Shown here one piece after another: positions 44,879-56,201 of a DNA stretch of 64,000 bases. The DNA comes from Selaginella moellendorffii. Its lineage: Eukaryota > Plantae > Lycopodiophyta. A model generated the notes under the pieces. The model searched no databases. It saw only the letters and a list, made by a program, of their open reading frames with translations, and had not been told where the DNA came from. The DNA lies in NCBI RefSeq assembly GCF_000143415.4, contig NW_003314315.1, forward strand, positions 558,001 through 622,000, written 5' to 3'. Within the stretch, counting starts at the first letter, position 1. Each line of letters opens with the position of its first letter. The translations under genes and the position numbers were made by a program.

Positions 44879-45610
44879 CTAAACGGAAGTTGCGTGATCC
44901 GTTAGCAGGCCCAAGTCTAGAACCGTCTCCCCTTCAACATGCACTTCATCAAAGAGCTCTTGCCACTTGAATCGCAGAACGTTTCCATCGATTGCTTCGA
45001 TCACTTGAGTCTCTGTAGTCTGCCTGTCCCTGTAATACACAACACAAGGATCACCAACAATGATCCCCAAGGCAACTTTGGCCCCGCCTCGCTCCCCAAC
45101 AAGCACTTCCATATCATCAAAAACAGCCCGTGGATCTTCATTGCGATATACAACTTGGGCCGCCAGGATTACCCTTGCCTTCTTGAGATTGCGGTCCTCC
45201 TTTGATTTCTCTAGCACAAACAAATCCACTTGCTGGTATCGATCGTTTCCGATTTCCATCAAACCTCCCGGAGACAAAGAGACTTGCCGGCTGCTCCCCA
45301 GAAACACGACCCCCAGCCTCTGGAATTCCTGGAGGAGCTTTGCATGCAGCCAGTACCTTACCTGTTCATGATGGTCCGTGTAATCTGCCTGGATGAAAAG
45401 CGAGCCAGACTTCCACAGCATGTTTCGCTTGTAAGCCCGGCTCTTGTTATACATTTTGAGGAACCTATCTCTGGGCACTTCACCTGATACAAAGACTGGC
45501 CCGGTGTTGTCTCCTATCTTCTCTACTGCAGCATCCATCGCCCTAAGCCAAGCTTCAATGTCTGGATCATTCTCTGGAATAGGGGAGTACTCCATAGAAA
45601 CCCTAGACAT
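44879..45610 (-). CDS. Intronless Uma2/DUF820-like PD-(D/E)XK nuclease-fold protein
   Basis: Order of motifs HHEQV...G..EIG..YQQVDLFV...VILAAQVVYRNE...VALGI resembles the Uma2 pattern H..., xPD, vvEV. The candidate catalytic Glu appears as Gln. Confidence 0.55.
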   Translation of the reverse strand: MSRVSMEYSPIPENDPDIEAWLRAMDAAVEKIGDNTGPVFVSGEVPRDRFLKMYNKSRAYKRNMLWKSGSLFIQADYTDHHEQVRYWLHAKLLQEFQRLGVVFLGSSRQVSLSPGGLMEIGNDRYQQVDLFVLEKSKEDRNLKKARVILAAQVVYRNEDPRAVFDDMEVLVGERGGAKVALGIIVGDPCVVYYRDRQTTETQVIEAIDGNVLRFKWQELFDEVHVEGETVLDLGLLTDHATSV

Positions 45611-45649
45611 AAACCACAACTTTAAAAAATAGACTATTCATGAAGACTT

Positions 45650-45674
45650 CCTAGTTAATAGGTCAAGAATATCC
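45650..45674 (-). repeat. Right arm of the 25-bp inverted repeat (partner at 38004-38028)
   Basis: Exact reverse complement of 38004-38028; lies 40 nt upstream of the nuclease-like ORF start. Confidence 0.9.
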
Positions 45675-47971
45675 TTACATATACAACAATTATTAGTACA
45701 ATCCTTCTTTCCAAAAATGTGTACAAAAACGAAGAGCCTTTATTTTTGGTCCACCGGATTCAATTCATTGCTTGGTCCGACTGCACTTGTGTCCTGATTC
45801 GAGGATTAGACTGCATGTTCATTGGTACCATGAATCAAGTTTATGTTGGAAAGAGCTCTTGATGAGAGGAATGCTGCAATAAACTTCCTGGATCATCATA
45901 AATCTACACTTTAGTTAGAAATTTAGCTCATGTGAAGTGACTTATAAAATTTCCTGAAAGAGCTTTAAACTTACCTTTCTTGTAAAGTCTTTATGCTATC
46001 ATGGAGGCTGCATGCTTGTATGTTCTCGGACCAATGAAGGAAAGGAGAAACCCAGTTTATAGGGCTTCAGAATGCTGTGCTCCTAACAAAAACATTCCAA
46101 AGCATGTAGCAAAAATTCATGGTTAATTAAACTTGGATGTCTGTCTTTCATCTAGCAAAATTAATGTTCATGACTGGTTTCTTCAAAATCATTGTGATTG
46201 ATGAAACTTTTTGAACACCTATGCAACACCTTTGAAATTGAGACCAAAAAGCTTAGATAGTTTTGCTAGGAAACTTTTAGAGATATCCTCAATATGATCT
46301 CATATCCAATAAAGATCAATATATAAAGTTTGCTCATCAAATCAGCTTCAACTGCATATTGCACAAGCACCCAGAAAACTTGCTAATTCGGCTGTAAGGG
46401 TTGTCCAGGAGAGATGTCAATCACCTGTATTTTTTGACCCTTGAACTCTATCGCAGCAATTATCCTTAGGGTTTAACCATATTTTAATGCCTATGCACAT
46501 ATGAGTGCCTCTTTCTAGGCCAGTAGTTTAGTCAAAAATTTTGCTTTGCAGTTGCAGCATTAATTCATTCCACACCACTACCTCCCACACTGTGGCTGAC
46601 TTCCAATCTTCTCTGATTCAACAGTTGATCGATCTGTCAACTTGTTTAATTATCAAGCATTCGGAAGGAACTACTTGAGAAAACAAACATAGTTATTAAT
46701 CAGTTTGAAAACAATAGGAAGCAGAATGGTAATGTATTATTGCCTTAATTACAACTTTATACAGCACTAACATGAAGGAGTATTTTAGATTTCTTTCTAT
46801 GTTTGGTAATGTATTTATATTTTTGAAATTTAAATCTTGTTGAGCTGTGTTTTTTAAGATGAAATTGGTGGTGTTAAAGATTCAGATCTTAATGAACATC
46901 ATGAACAAATAAGGCTATATATTAATTTAATATTCTAATTAGAACTATTATGCTATAACATTACATACCTATAAAGAGGAAGACAAGTAATAGTGTTTGG
47001 TAAAGTTTTAATTGACTTCTTGTTTGTGGTGTGTTGTGCAAGAACCCTCCTTGAAGCCTCACATTCACTAGTTACACAAGTAAATTATGGCTTTCATATG
47101 GCTCCAGACATACCTGGTTGTGCCATTGGCATGTTGCACCACTGGACAACAAACTGGATCACATGGTGGTGAGATTCTAGTAGCAAGAGTGTGTGAATGT
47201 AGATTGCATCGTCCATCACAGCAAGAATGTCAGCATTGTAGATGGCACCTCGCTCCTGTCAGGCGGAAGCCTTCCTTTGCACCAAGTATTTTCCTGAAGA
47301 AACAACTATTAGCTCTTTTTCCCTTTTGTGATGTTTCACACACTTTCCTTTCCATTTCCTTGCCATGGCATCGAAGTTGTAGTTTTGTAGCCTCATGCCT
47401 GCTCTCCAGCGCTCCACAACGTACTTGGCCTTGGCCTTTTGCTCCACCAAGCTCTCAAACCCGCAGAGTGTGAGAAAAGATCCATGGCAGAGAACTTGGA
47501 GAGGCTGCACCATGTCTAGAGAACGTGCCACTCCAATGCTCCAGACAAGATCTGGGCAGCCAAGATGATCACTGATCCTAGGGAAGGACCAGAGGTGTGG
47601 AAACCCCAGCTGCATTGTGGCATTGAGCAGCTCTAGGGCTGGCCAAATGGAGGCACCATCCACCCTCAAAGTAGCTTGTGCTGGGGATTATGGACAAGAA
47701 ACTGTAGAATCACGTGCAGGCACTTGAAAAGATCCTTGCAGCCTGGCCACGGAGACACGAAGGATTAAAAGTTTGAAACTTTTGCCTGATCGTGGCCAAG
47801 AACATGAATTTCATGCTCTTGACCGCTCCACAGCCGGAAATCTCGCTCAAGATCCTCAAAAGCCCTCTTAAGAACAGCAATGGCGGCTGGAATACCTGGA
47901 TTGCAAGACATGGCTATCCATAGCAAGAACACATCTGACGACACTAGCATCTTGGCCAGCACCTCCATGAG

Positions 47972-48155
47972 CTCATCCATTCCCATGCCCCCAGCCTCTT
48001 GAGATTGTCAAGATCAAAAATCCTACATGACGGAACAACATTGTCAGGAATGAGTGTCTTGGCTAGCGCCCTCATCCATTCCCTCGCCCCCTAACCTCTT
48101 GAGATTGTCAAGCTCGAATATCTTGTGTGGCAGAACAACATTGTCGGGAATGAGG
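47972..48155. repeat. Two diverged tandem copies of a unit of about 99 bp
   Basis: ctcatccattccc...cctcttgagattgtcaag...gaacaacattgtc.ggaatgag at 47972 and 48071. Confidence 0.8.
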
Positions 48156-48499
48156 CGCATTTGGACCCATGGTGGTGCCATGCCCTGCCATTCCCATGGA
48201 TTCTCTCACAATTGCACTATGTCGTGACGACTTGCTAGGCCTAGCGAGAGCCACATTGAATGGGAACCCGAAGTTTTCTCAGAATGTGTAACGCCATCGT
48301 GGAGCAATTGGATGATTGATTGCAAGGATGATGTTCAAGATTTTAAATTTATATTCGTTAGTATATGGCATTGTAGCCGTACACTTTCACATCATCCTCT
48401 CCTCTCAGAATAATGGAAGGCCGTCAGGGTTCTCTTGTAGACGGGCCGGGATCTGGAGGAACGTCAGGAGGAGGCATCGGTGGATCTGTAGATGGTATT

Positions 48500-51300
48500 A
48501 ACTGCTCCTAATCCCTTTGTATGAAGTGTTTCAACCGCTACACATGCACAATCTTTGGAGGATTGGCCTACTGGACGTCATACCGAACCTCATAAACTTG
48601 TGGTCCAACTTGCCGCAACACCCGATACGGTCCTTTCCACTGCGCAAGGAGCCCCTTAGATAAACCACATACTGTAAGATGGGGAAAATGGACTAACACC
48701 AAATCATTCACTTTGTACTCCACAGGTGGACGATGATGAGAGTTGTAGCGCCATTGTTGTCCCACTTGTACGCGGCCTAAGTGTTCGGCAAACTCTGCTT
48801 AGACAAGTGGAAGAATGTTTATCAAATATTGACCCCACGACCTAGCATCGGGAGCTCGTGGCAATCGTGAAGATAAACCCAGCTCTGTTGGTAATATTGG
48901 ATCATGACCATATAGGAGTTTATATGGTGAAGCACCAATAGAACTCTACACCCCTGTGACATAGGCATACTGAAAAGATGGCAAATAACCATCCTAATTC
49001 AAATGCTGAAAGTTCACATACTTCGCAATCATCCCTTTGAATGTCCAAATGAGCCGTTCCACCAGACTGTTTGATTGTGGATGATAAGCACTCGTGAAAG
49101 TCTGGTGTATCCCCAACCAAGATGTCAAAACGTGAAATGCCTCAGCCATAAATGTGGGACCATTATTCGAAAGAATCCGCTCTAGACAAGAATGCTGGAA
49201 CACCACTCAATTGAGGAGGAAGTATCCAACAGCAGTTGCAGAGGCGCTAGCAAGAGCACCAACTTGCACCTAACGAGTCAAGTAGTCAGAAGCAATACTA
49301 ACATACTCATTGCTAGCAGTCGACCGTGGAAAAGGTCCCATAAGATGAAATGCCACCAACTCAAATGGACGAGAAATTGCAATTAACTGCAACCGTCCTT
49401 CTGCAGCATAAGGGGGGGTATTACGAGCTTGGCACCAAACACAGTTACGCACATATCGGATAATATCATGTTGCATCTTTGGCCAATAGAAAGACCTGTG
49501 CAGATTCTCAGTCACACAACGATGTCCCATATGCCCACCTGGAATAGAAGAATCATGGTAGGAATGGAAAAATCACAGAATAGAGATAGAAAGCACCACC
49601 AGCTGTAAATGATCATCAAGATCTGTCCCCACCAAATAAAGAAGGCCATCTTCAAAGCGATATTGAGAATGTAAATGCCGAAAAGGCAAGTCATTAGCAA
49701 ATGATGTAGGATTCTCAAACGCATCTCAAAGCCTTCAAATCCATGGCTCAATCTTTTGAGCCTCGCGAACCTCATCAATAGAAGGTAGATCTTGCTCTGC
49801 ACCTTATGGACATTGAACATCAAGTACAGCAACTGCCGACGGCATAAAATCCTTGTTTAGAAAATCCACAAATGTTGGAACAACAGGCTCATAAAAAACA
49901 TGAGAAGAGAGTGGAGAAGGAAGAGGAGCTCGAGAAAGGGCATCAGCATCGGCCATAGAACTCCCTGAGCAATGAACAATATCAAAATCATATATCTAAA
50001 GCTTCAAAGCCCACTGAACAGTACGACCAACCATGTTCTTCCACTTTAATAATGAAGTAATGGTAGCATGGTCACCTTCAAGTAACGTCTGAGAACCATG
50101 TAGATATGCATGAAGTTTTTCAAAACCCCAAATTGCCACTATTAGCGGCAATTAGTAAACACTCCTTCTTTGTTGTAAAGTAATTCACCTCTACTGGTTG
50201 TAACATATGCAATGGGATGATGCTGACCAGACACATTTGGGTTTTCTTGCATCAACACACCTCTAAGACTAATATCAAAAGCATCTACGTGCAAAATAAA
50301 AGGTTGAGTGTAGTAAGGATATGCCAAAATTAGAGGAGTCGTCAACAGTTATTTGAGATCTACAAACACCCACTCACAATCTGAAGACCAAATGAAAGAT
50401 GACATTGATGACTTCAGCAACGCTTGCAACGGTGCAGTGCGATCAGAAAAATGATCCACAAAACAACCGAGATACTACACCTTGCTCAGGAAATGTTGCA
50501 CATCATTCACACACTTCGGAGTAGGGAACTTTAGAATAGCCGCAAGTTTGTCAGGATCAACTTGCAAACCCTCACGAGAAATACGGTACCCAAGATAAAT
50601 TGTGTCTTTGGTCCCAAGCACACACTTTGACTTCTTCAGCTTTAAACCAACGTCCTGTAGCCGATCCAACACTTTACACACATCACGAATGTGCTCCTCC
50701 TACGTTCCTGCCGAGTGAATCAAAACATCATCAATGAAGTCAACAGTCACTTCTAGCATATCACAAAGAACCTCGTCCATCATTTGCTGGAAAGTTGCTG
50801 GAGCATTGTTCAAACCAAACGGCATCACCAAGAACTCATACAAACCAAATGGTGTATAAAAAGTAGTGTTAGGAATATCTTCTTTGGCCATCGGTACTTG
50901 CCAGTACCTAGAAGCCAGATCTAGCTTGGTGAACCAACGACTTCACCCTAGACAATCCAAGAGATCAGCAGTGTGAGGAAGAGGGTACACATCCGGGATC
51001 GTCACTTTGTTTAATGGACGATAGTCAATGCAGAAATGAATACTCTCATTAGGCTTCATCACAAGATGAGGTTCACATGCCCAAGGAATCCGCGACTTCC
51101 AAATAACACCCTTCTCTAACATCTTCTTGATGTTTGCATGTAAAATCTTGATCTCCTTGGGTGACCCATGACGAATAGGAACCTTGATTGGATGAACATG
51201 TCCGGTTGGAATCAGATGACGTATGGCAATCTTAGCCCTAGACGATAGTCAAATTCAAAGAGATCAGAATACTCCTTTATGAGCTGGTCAACCACTGCAA
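48500..51300 (-). mobile_element. Ty3/gypsy LTR retrotransposon pol remnant (RT-RNaseH-integrase), inactivated
   Basis: RT: DLASRYWQV...TTFYTPFGLYEFLVMPFGLNNAPATFQ...FIDDVLI. RNaseH: PFILHVDA. Integrase: HHCC GHMG...YWPKM..CVWCQ, core TSAYHPQSNSLVER, GPY module WKGPYRV. Gypsy domain order, with many stops and frameshifts. Confidence 0.93.
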
Positions 51301-53079
51301 TGCAAAGATTGTCGAAGGGATCAGAAAAGGGAAGAGTAGAATAAGACAGAAACATAGGAAGAAATAATGGGGGAACAAAAGTAATGGAAGCAAAGGTAGA
51401 AATAAAGGGACGAAGAGGTACAGAAGTGAGAAGAATGGATAAAACATAAGGAAGTATGAAATAAGAGGAAGAAAGGAAATGAAAAAAGCTAGATCTAGAC
51501 AATACAAAAAGCTAGATCTAAACCAAAATCCCAAATCCAAGCACTCCCCAATGCAGTTATTGCAGGTGGTGCTTAATAGCTTTAAGATCCTAATATAGTA
51601 GGATACAAAGTGTGGTATATATTATAATTGCCTCTTTGGAAGTCACACTTCATTACCAATGTTGAAAATCTAAAAGGAAAACAAAGTCCAAAGAAAATAT
51701 GTTAAGAAAGCTATTGCATCAATGGTAAATATGATTTTTATAAAACATTATGATAGTGAGAGGGGGAATGTTTTATAATTTGAGATATCTAAAAATATCC
51801 CTAAGCTAGGCTTCAACTCTTACAAACTAGTTTTTCATATGGAATACATATTGCAGTGCATCTTAGAGCATGGAGAATCTAGAGTGTAAGAATGAATATT
51901 TTACATGAGGGGTATATACCTTTTTTCCCTCTTAAGTTTAAGGTATGATGGATAATACATTTATAATGTATTTTAAAGTTTTACCTATAAAGTTTCTCTT
52001 GCCTTAAACTTACATTAAAATGAGAGAGGTGTGTTAGTTGTGCATCATATACACCATCATAAGAGTGTTTGAATCTAAAAAAGTTTTGATTTATAACTAA
52101 ATTATTCATTTACGATTTAAAATTATAAATAACTATAGAGCAAGTTAAGCTTTATTATATAGCACATGGAAGTATAGAGCAAAATTGGGTTTCAAAAAAT
52201 TTGAGGAGTTTGAGTAATTGTCAAATGCAAAATTATAATTCTTATATTTCCCAATAACTTAAGGTAATCATACACCCCTTAAGACGTATTCTAACCTTTA
52301 CAAAAATACTTCTCAATGGAAAGGACAATATTTCTCTAAAAGAAGATAGTAAATTTGCTAGGAGCAAGGTGTATTATGCTTTACCCAAGTAAAAATATTT
52401 CTTTATAAAAAAAGAAAAAAATTCCCCCTAATAATTCCACATAAAACCTAAGGCATTGATAACAAATTATAATAGTTAGTTGGAGTTGGAATGCAACCCC
52501 CAAATTAGTAAGCTCCACTTTTTGACGAAGTGTTGAGCAAAATGGGTAAAAAAATCTTAATTTGTCAATAGTTGCATTTCAATTTAAAAGAAACTTTATT
52601 TTACTATATAGATACACAATTATTTCAATATAAAACCATGGATGTTATGGTCATGTTCAACATCTTTATCAAAAAGAATAAATTAAAATTTTTTGAGAGG
52701 TTTATTGTAAACTAAAAGGTTTGATCTACATAATTTAGATGAGACATTAACTATATTGCCACTATATTTCTCCACATTAATTAATGTTCTTCCTTGGAAA
52801 ACATTAAGAGTGGTTGTGACTATTTAATGTTTAAATGATGAAATTGTGAAAATGGGTGGAATATTGAGGATATATAATGTAATGATTTGATGGAAGTTTA
52901 GCATTTAGATAGTGAGTTATTAAAAATGTGATTACTCCTATTTAAACTTTTGATTTACTAGATATATAAATTTTTAACCTCAAAAATTGCTCTAATCATT
53001 TTAAATATGTACATCGAGGTTATTATGAAATATGGGAGGCCGAAGAAGCTTAAGAGGGACTTTGCTAAATAATTCAACT

Positions 53080-53649
53080 TGATCATGAATAAAAGTGCAA
53101 AATTGGGTTTAGGGTTGGTTTAGGGTTAGAAAAGGGGTAAACCCCCTTTTCTAATTGGTTAAAAGTCTTGAGATACTTGGGGTTAAGTGTTCTTGGGTTT
53201 GAATAGTATTGAATTGGGTGATCTTTCAGGAAATCCAAACTCAAGAGCTTATATTTGGTATCGAAGCAGTCTCAAATCAAACTCTATTGATTGACTAAGG
53301 GAATCACACCACATGTTAATTGACATTTGGCTGGTTTAATTTGCCCCCTGTGCTCAACCCAAGGGGTAGGGTGTTAAGAAAGTGGGGCTCTCAAGAGAGT
53401 TGCAGCTGTTAGCTTTCGTTCACGAGGGCGTGAACTTGCAGGGAAGCGTGATGGATTATAAACAACCAAAGGAACGACTCGAGAGACAGTCTATGGAGTT
53501 CAAATATAAAGGGAAAGGGCTTATGAATAAAAGTGCACCTCTTTTTCCTATCGGTTAAGGGTTTTAGGATACTTAAGGTTAAATGTCCTTGGGTTTGAAT
53601 AATACTAGGTTGGGTGACATTTTGGGAAGTTTAAACTCAAGAGCTTACA
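53080..53649 (+). mobile_element. TRIM-like non-autonomous mini LTR retroelement (about 570 bp)
   Basis: Direct repeats at 53080-53253 and about 53520-53649 (atgaataaaagtgca...aaactcaagagctta(t/c)a); PBS-like tggtatcgaagc (iMet type) at 53256-53267; polypurine tract aaagggaaaggg at 53508-53519; non-coding interior. Confidence 0.75.
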
Positions 53650-54394
53650 TAATGAAATGCAATGGATTAACATTTTTTTATACAACTTTTACACCTAAAT
53701 TAACATATTTTTCATATACTTATATGATGTGCATTTACTTACTAAAGATGCTGATTTAATCAATGAAATTTGGATATTATTGATCATATTGAGGATATAT
53801 AAATTTCCATACCTAAAAGTTTCTTAGCAAAATTATTTGAGTTTCTTAGTCTTGATTTCAAGGGTGTTGCGTAGTGTGTATTCCATAACAAATGGTTTCA
53901 ATACACTCAAAGAGTTTTATTAATCACAACAATTTTGAAGCAAATTAATCATAAATATTAATTTTGCTAGATAAAAGATAGTTATCTAAGTTCAATTTAT
54001 CAAATTTTTTTCATAAGTTCAATTATGCTATTTGAGAAATTAGAGCATTTTTTTTTTGAGAGCAGAACATTCTCAAGCTAGAAAATTTTTAATGCAATAA
54101 CTTTCCAAGAACATACAAGTATTATCGACCAGCGTGATAACATAATAAAGACTTTACAAAAAGGATAATGTTAAAACTCTTTACTTCTTATTAACCAAAA
54201 TATAAAAACCTCTTTAAAAAATTTACATGTTATTTTGCCTTCCACATGGGACAAATGTGTTGGCCCATCTTCGAAATCATTGAGTCCCAACTAGAAAAAT
54301 ACTGTAAACTTCTTTCAGATCTAGCATTGGAAGAGACATATACATCCCTTACTTTGCAAAGCTTGATTCCAAGTCCACTCCAGCAAGATTTTAT

Positions 54395-56020
54395 ATTAGT
54401 TTTTTAATTGTTTAATAAAATGAGAATCTGCGAGAATGGCGATGACACACGCGCTATCGACGGGAGGAGGCTTCTCGTCCAGGACAAGAGCAAAGGCACG
54501 GTAGAGGCGCTCGTCTGAGGCGCTGTGCCGCAAGCTGGCTCCGATCGACGCAAGGATTGCGTGGAGACTACTCCGGAGCACCATGATATCCCCAAGGAAT
54601 CTTTTGTTTTCTCTCAGTGAATGCTTCCTCAGTTTTTTCCTTGGACTCTGGAAGCACAGATTATCTAGGAATTGGAAACACGGCCAGAGTTATTGGCTGG
54701 TATCATTCACATCCGCACATCACTGTTCTTCCTTCTCATGTTGGTGAGTTTCATCTCCTTCCTACGTGTGAGAAAAAAAAAAAAAAAAAAGTTCTTGTTC
54801 TTCGTTGTTGGTGTAGATCTTCGAACACAGCAGTCTTTCCAGATGCTGGATCCTGGGTTCGTTGGAGTCATATTTTCCTGCTTCGACGACGACGCAAACA
54901 TGGTATCATCTCTTTTTCTTTGCGCCTTTTCAGGACTCCAATTTTGGTTTTGGTTCCAACGGGAACGGTCTTCCGTGGATGAAGCCTCCTCGTCTCTCTC
55001 GGTACTTGAGTCACAGCTCGTTTTTTTTTCTTCTTACAGACAGTTGTGGACATCAATTATACTCGCAGGATATCGGATTCGTAAAGCAATGAAATCGACC
55101 AGCGGCTTTCTCCAGGCATCGAAGAAGCAATGCATCTTTCAAGTCTTGACATGAGGTAAATACCGTTTTGCTTGCCATTCTCAAACTTCTCCTACGTAAA
55201 ACAGTTCCGGAGATTTTTCACGAGAGGAGATCCCGATACAAGTAGTTCCTGTGTCCACATTCAACCTCGCCAATCCTCCTCCCGATCCTCTGCTTTCTTT
55301 GCAGCAGACAGTGTTTAACGAAGAAAAGGCTGCGTTCGAAAAAGCCATGCATCAAAGCAAACAGTTAAGTCCTTCCTGCTCAACTTCTTGACAAGTTTTC
55401 TTTCTTCTTGGTTCTCTAGGGGGCAGCGGATCCATCCTTTGGCAGCTTCACACCACTGCGTGACACACCAGGCGTCCCTTTTGAAACTTATGGAACTCTG
55501 GTACTCGCAGTTTTTCTGTTTCCTTTCACACTCTTCATTCGGGTTCTTTCTCTAGCCTTGCGCCTGCAATGACGACGCTGTGGGACAACCTCCAGCAGAA
55601 CAAAGCGCAGGTGAGAAATCTGTCGGATCTTGTTTAGAGCGTGCGAAGTATTAAGTTTGCTTGTTTCCTGTGCAGCTTGCGCTACTGCAGCAGGAAGAAG
55701 CAGCGCTTGGCCTTAGATTCGATCGGCAGGCAGCCAGGAAACAAGCCGGACGCGATGGCACGCGATGGAACTCAGAGCGTGCTCAGCAAAGCATTCCCGA
55801 TTTGGATCAACGTGTCCGAGGAAACACCGTATTCCTCTTAGTTTCCGCAAAGGGATTGAAGAGGTCCAAAGTTTCGGAGGCTTCTTCCGTGGCTGGACGA
55901 GTTCATGTAAGCCTTTTGCTACTTTGATCATGGAAGTTGGACGTTGTAGATCCAGAGAAGCTCCGCTCGAGAGTTCTCTTTGTCAGTGTGAAGCTCGAGA
56001 ATTTTGCATGATAAACTCCG
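54395..56020 (+). pseudogene. BRCC36 duplicate 3 (5' deletions, TGG>TGA stop, exon loss)
   Basis: Near-identical to BRCC36 with introns retained. Shares the rearranged 5' junction (aatgagaatctgcgagaatggcgatgacacacgcgct) with copy 2; gtctgaggc replaces gtctggggc. Confidence 0.9.
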
Positions 56021-56201
56021 TGTTTGTACAAAACATAATTAGTTTAATAAACATGTTTAAGAGATTTTAGGGCTAAGAAAAGGGATATGCAAATTTAAAC
56101 ACAGATTAATTAGTTTAATAAATACATTTAAGGGATTTTAGGATTAAGATATTGGGATATGCCCTCGTATCTTGCTCTAGGGTAAGGCCATTTGCTCGTC
56201 A

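Noticed and set aside
47087-47986. Short ORFs next to the gypsy remnant
   Set aside because: Fragmentary and probably part of decayed repeats; no domain recognised.
51212-51540. Hydrophobic Phe/Leu/Ser-rich ORFs
   Set aside because: Artefact of a purine-rich low-complexity tract at the retroelement edge.
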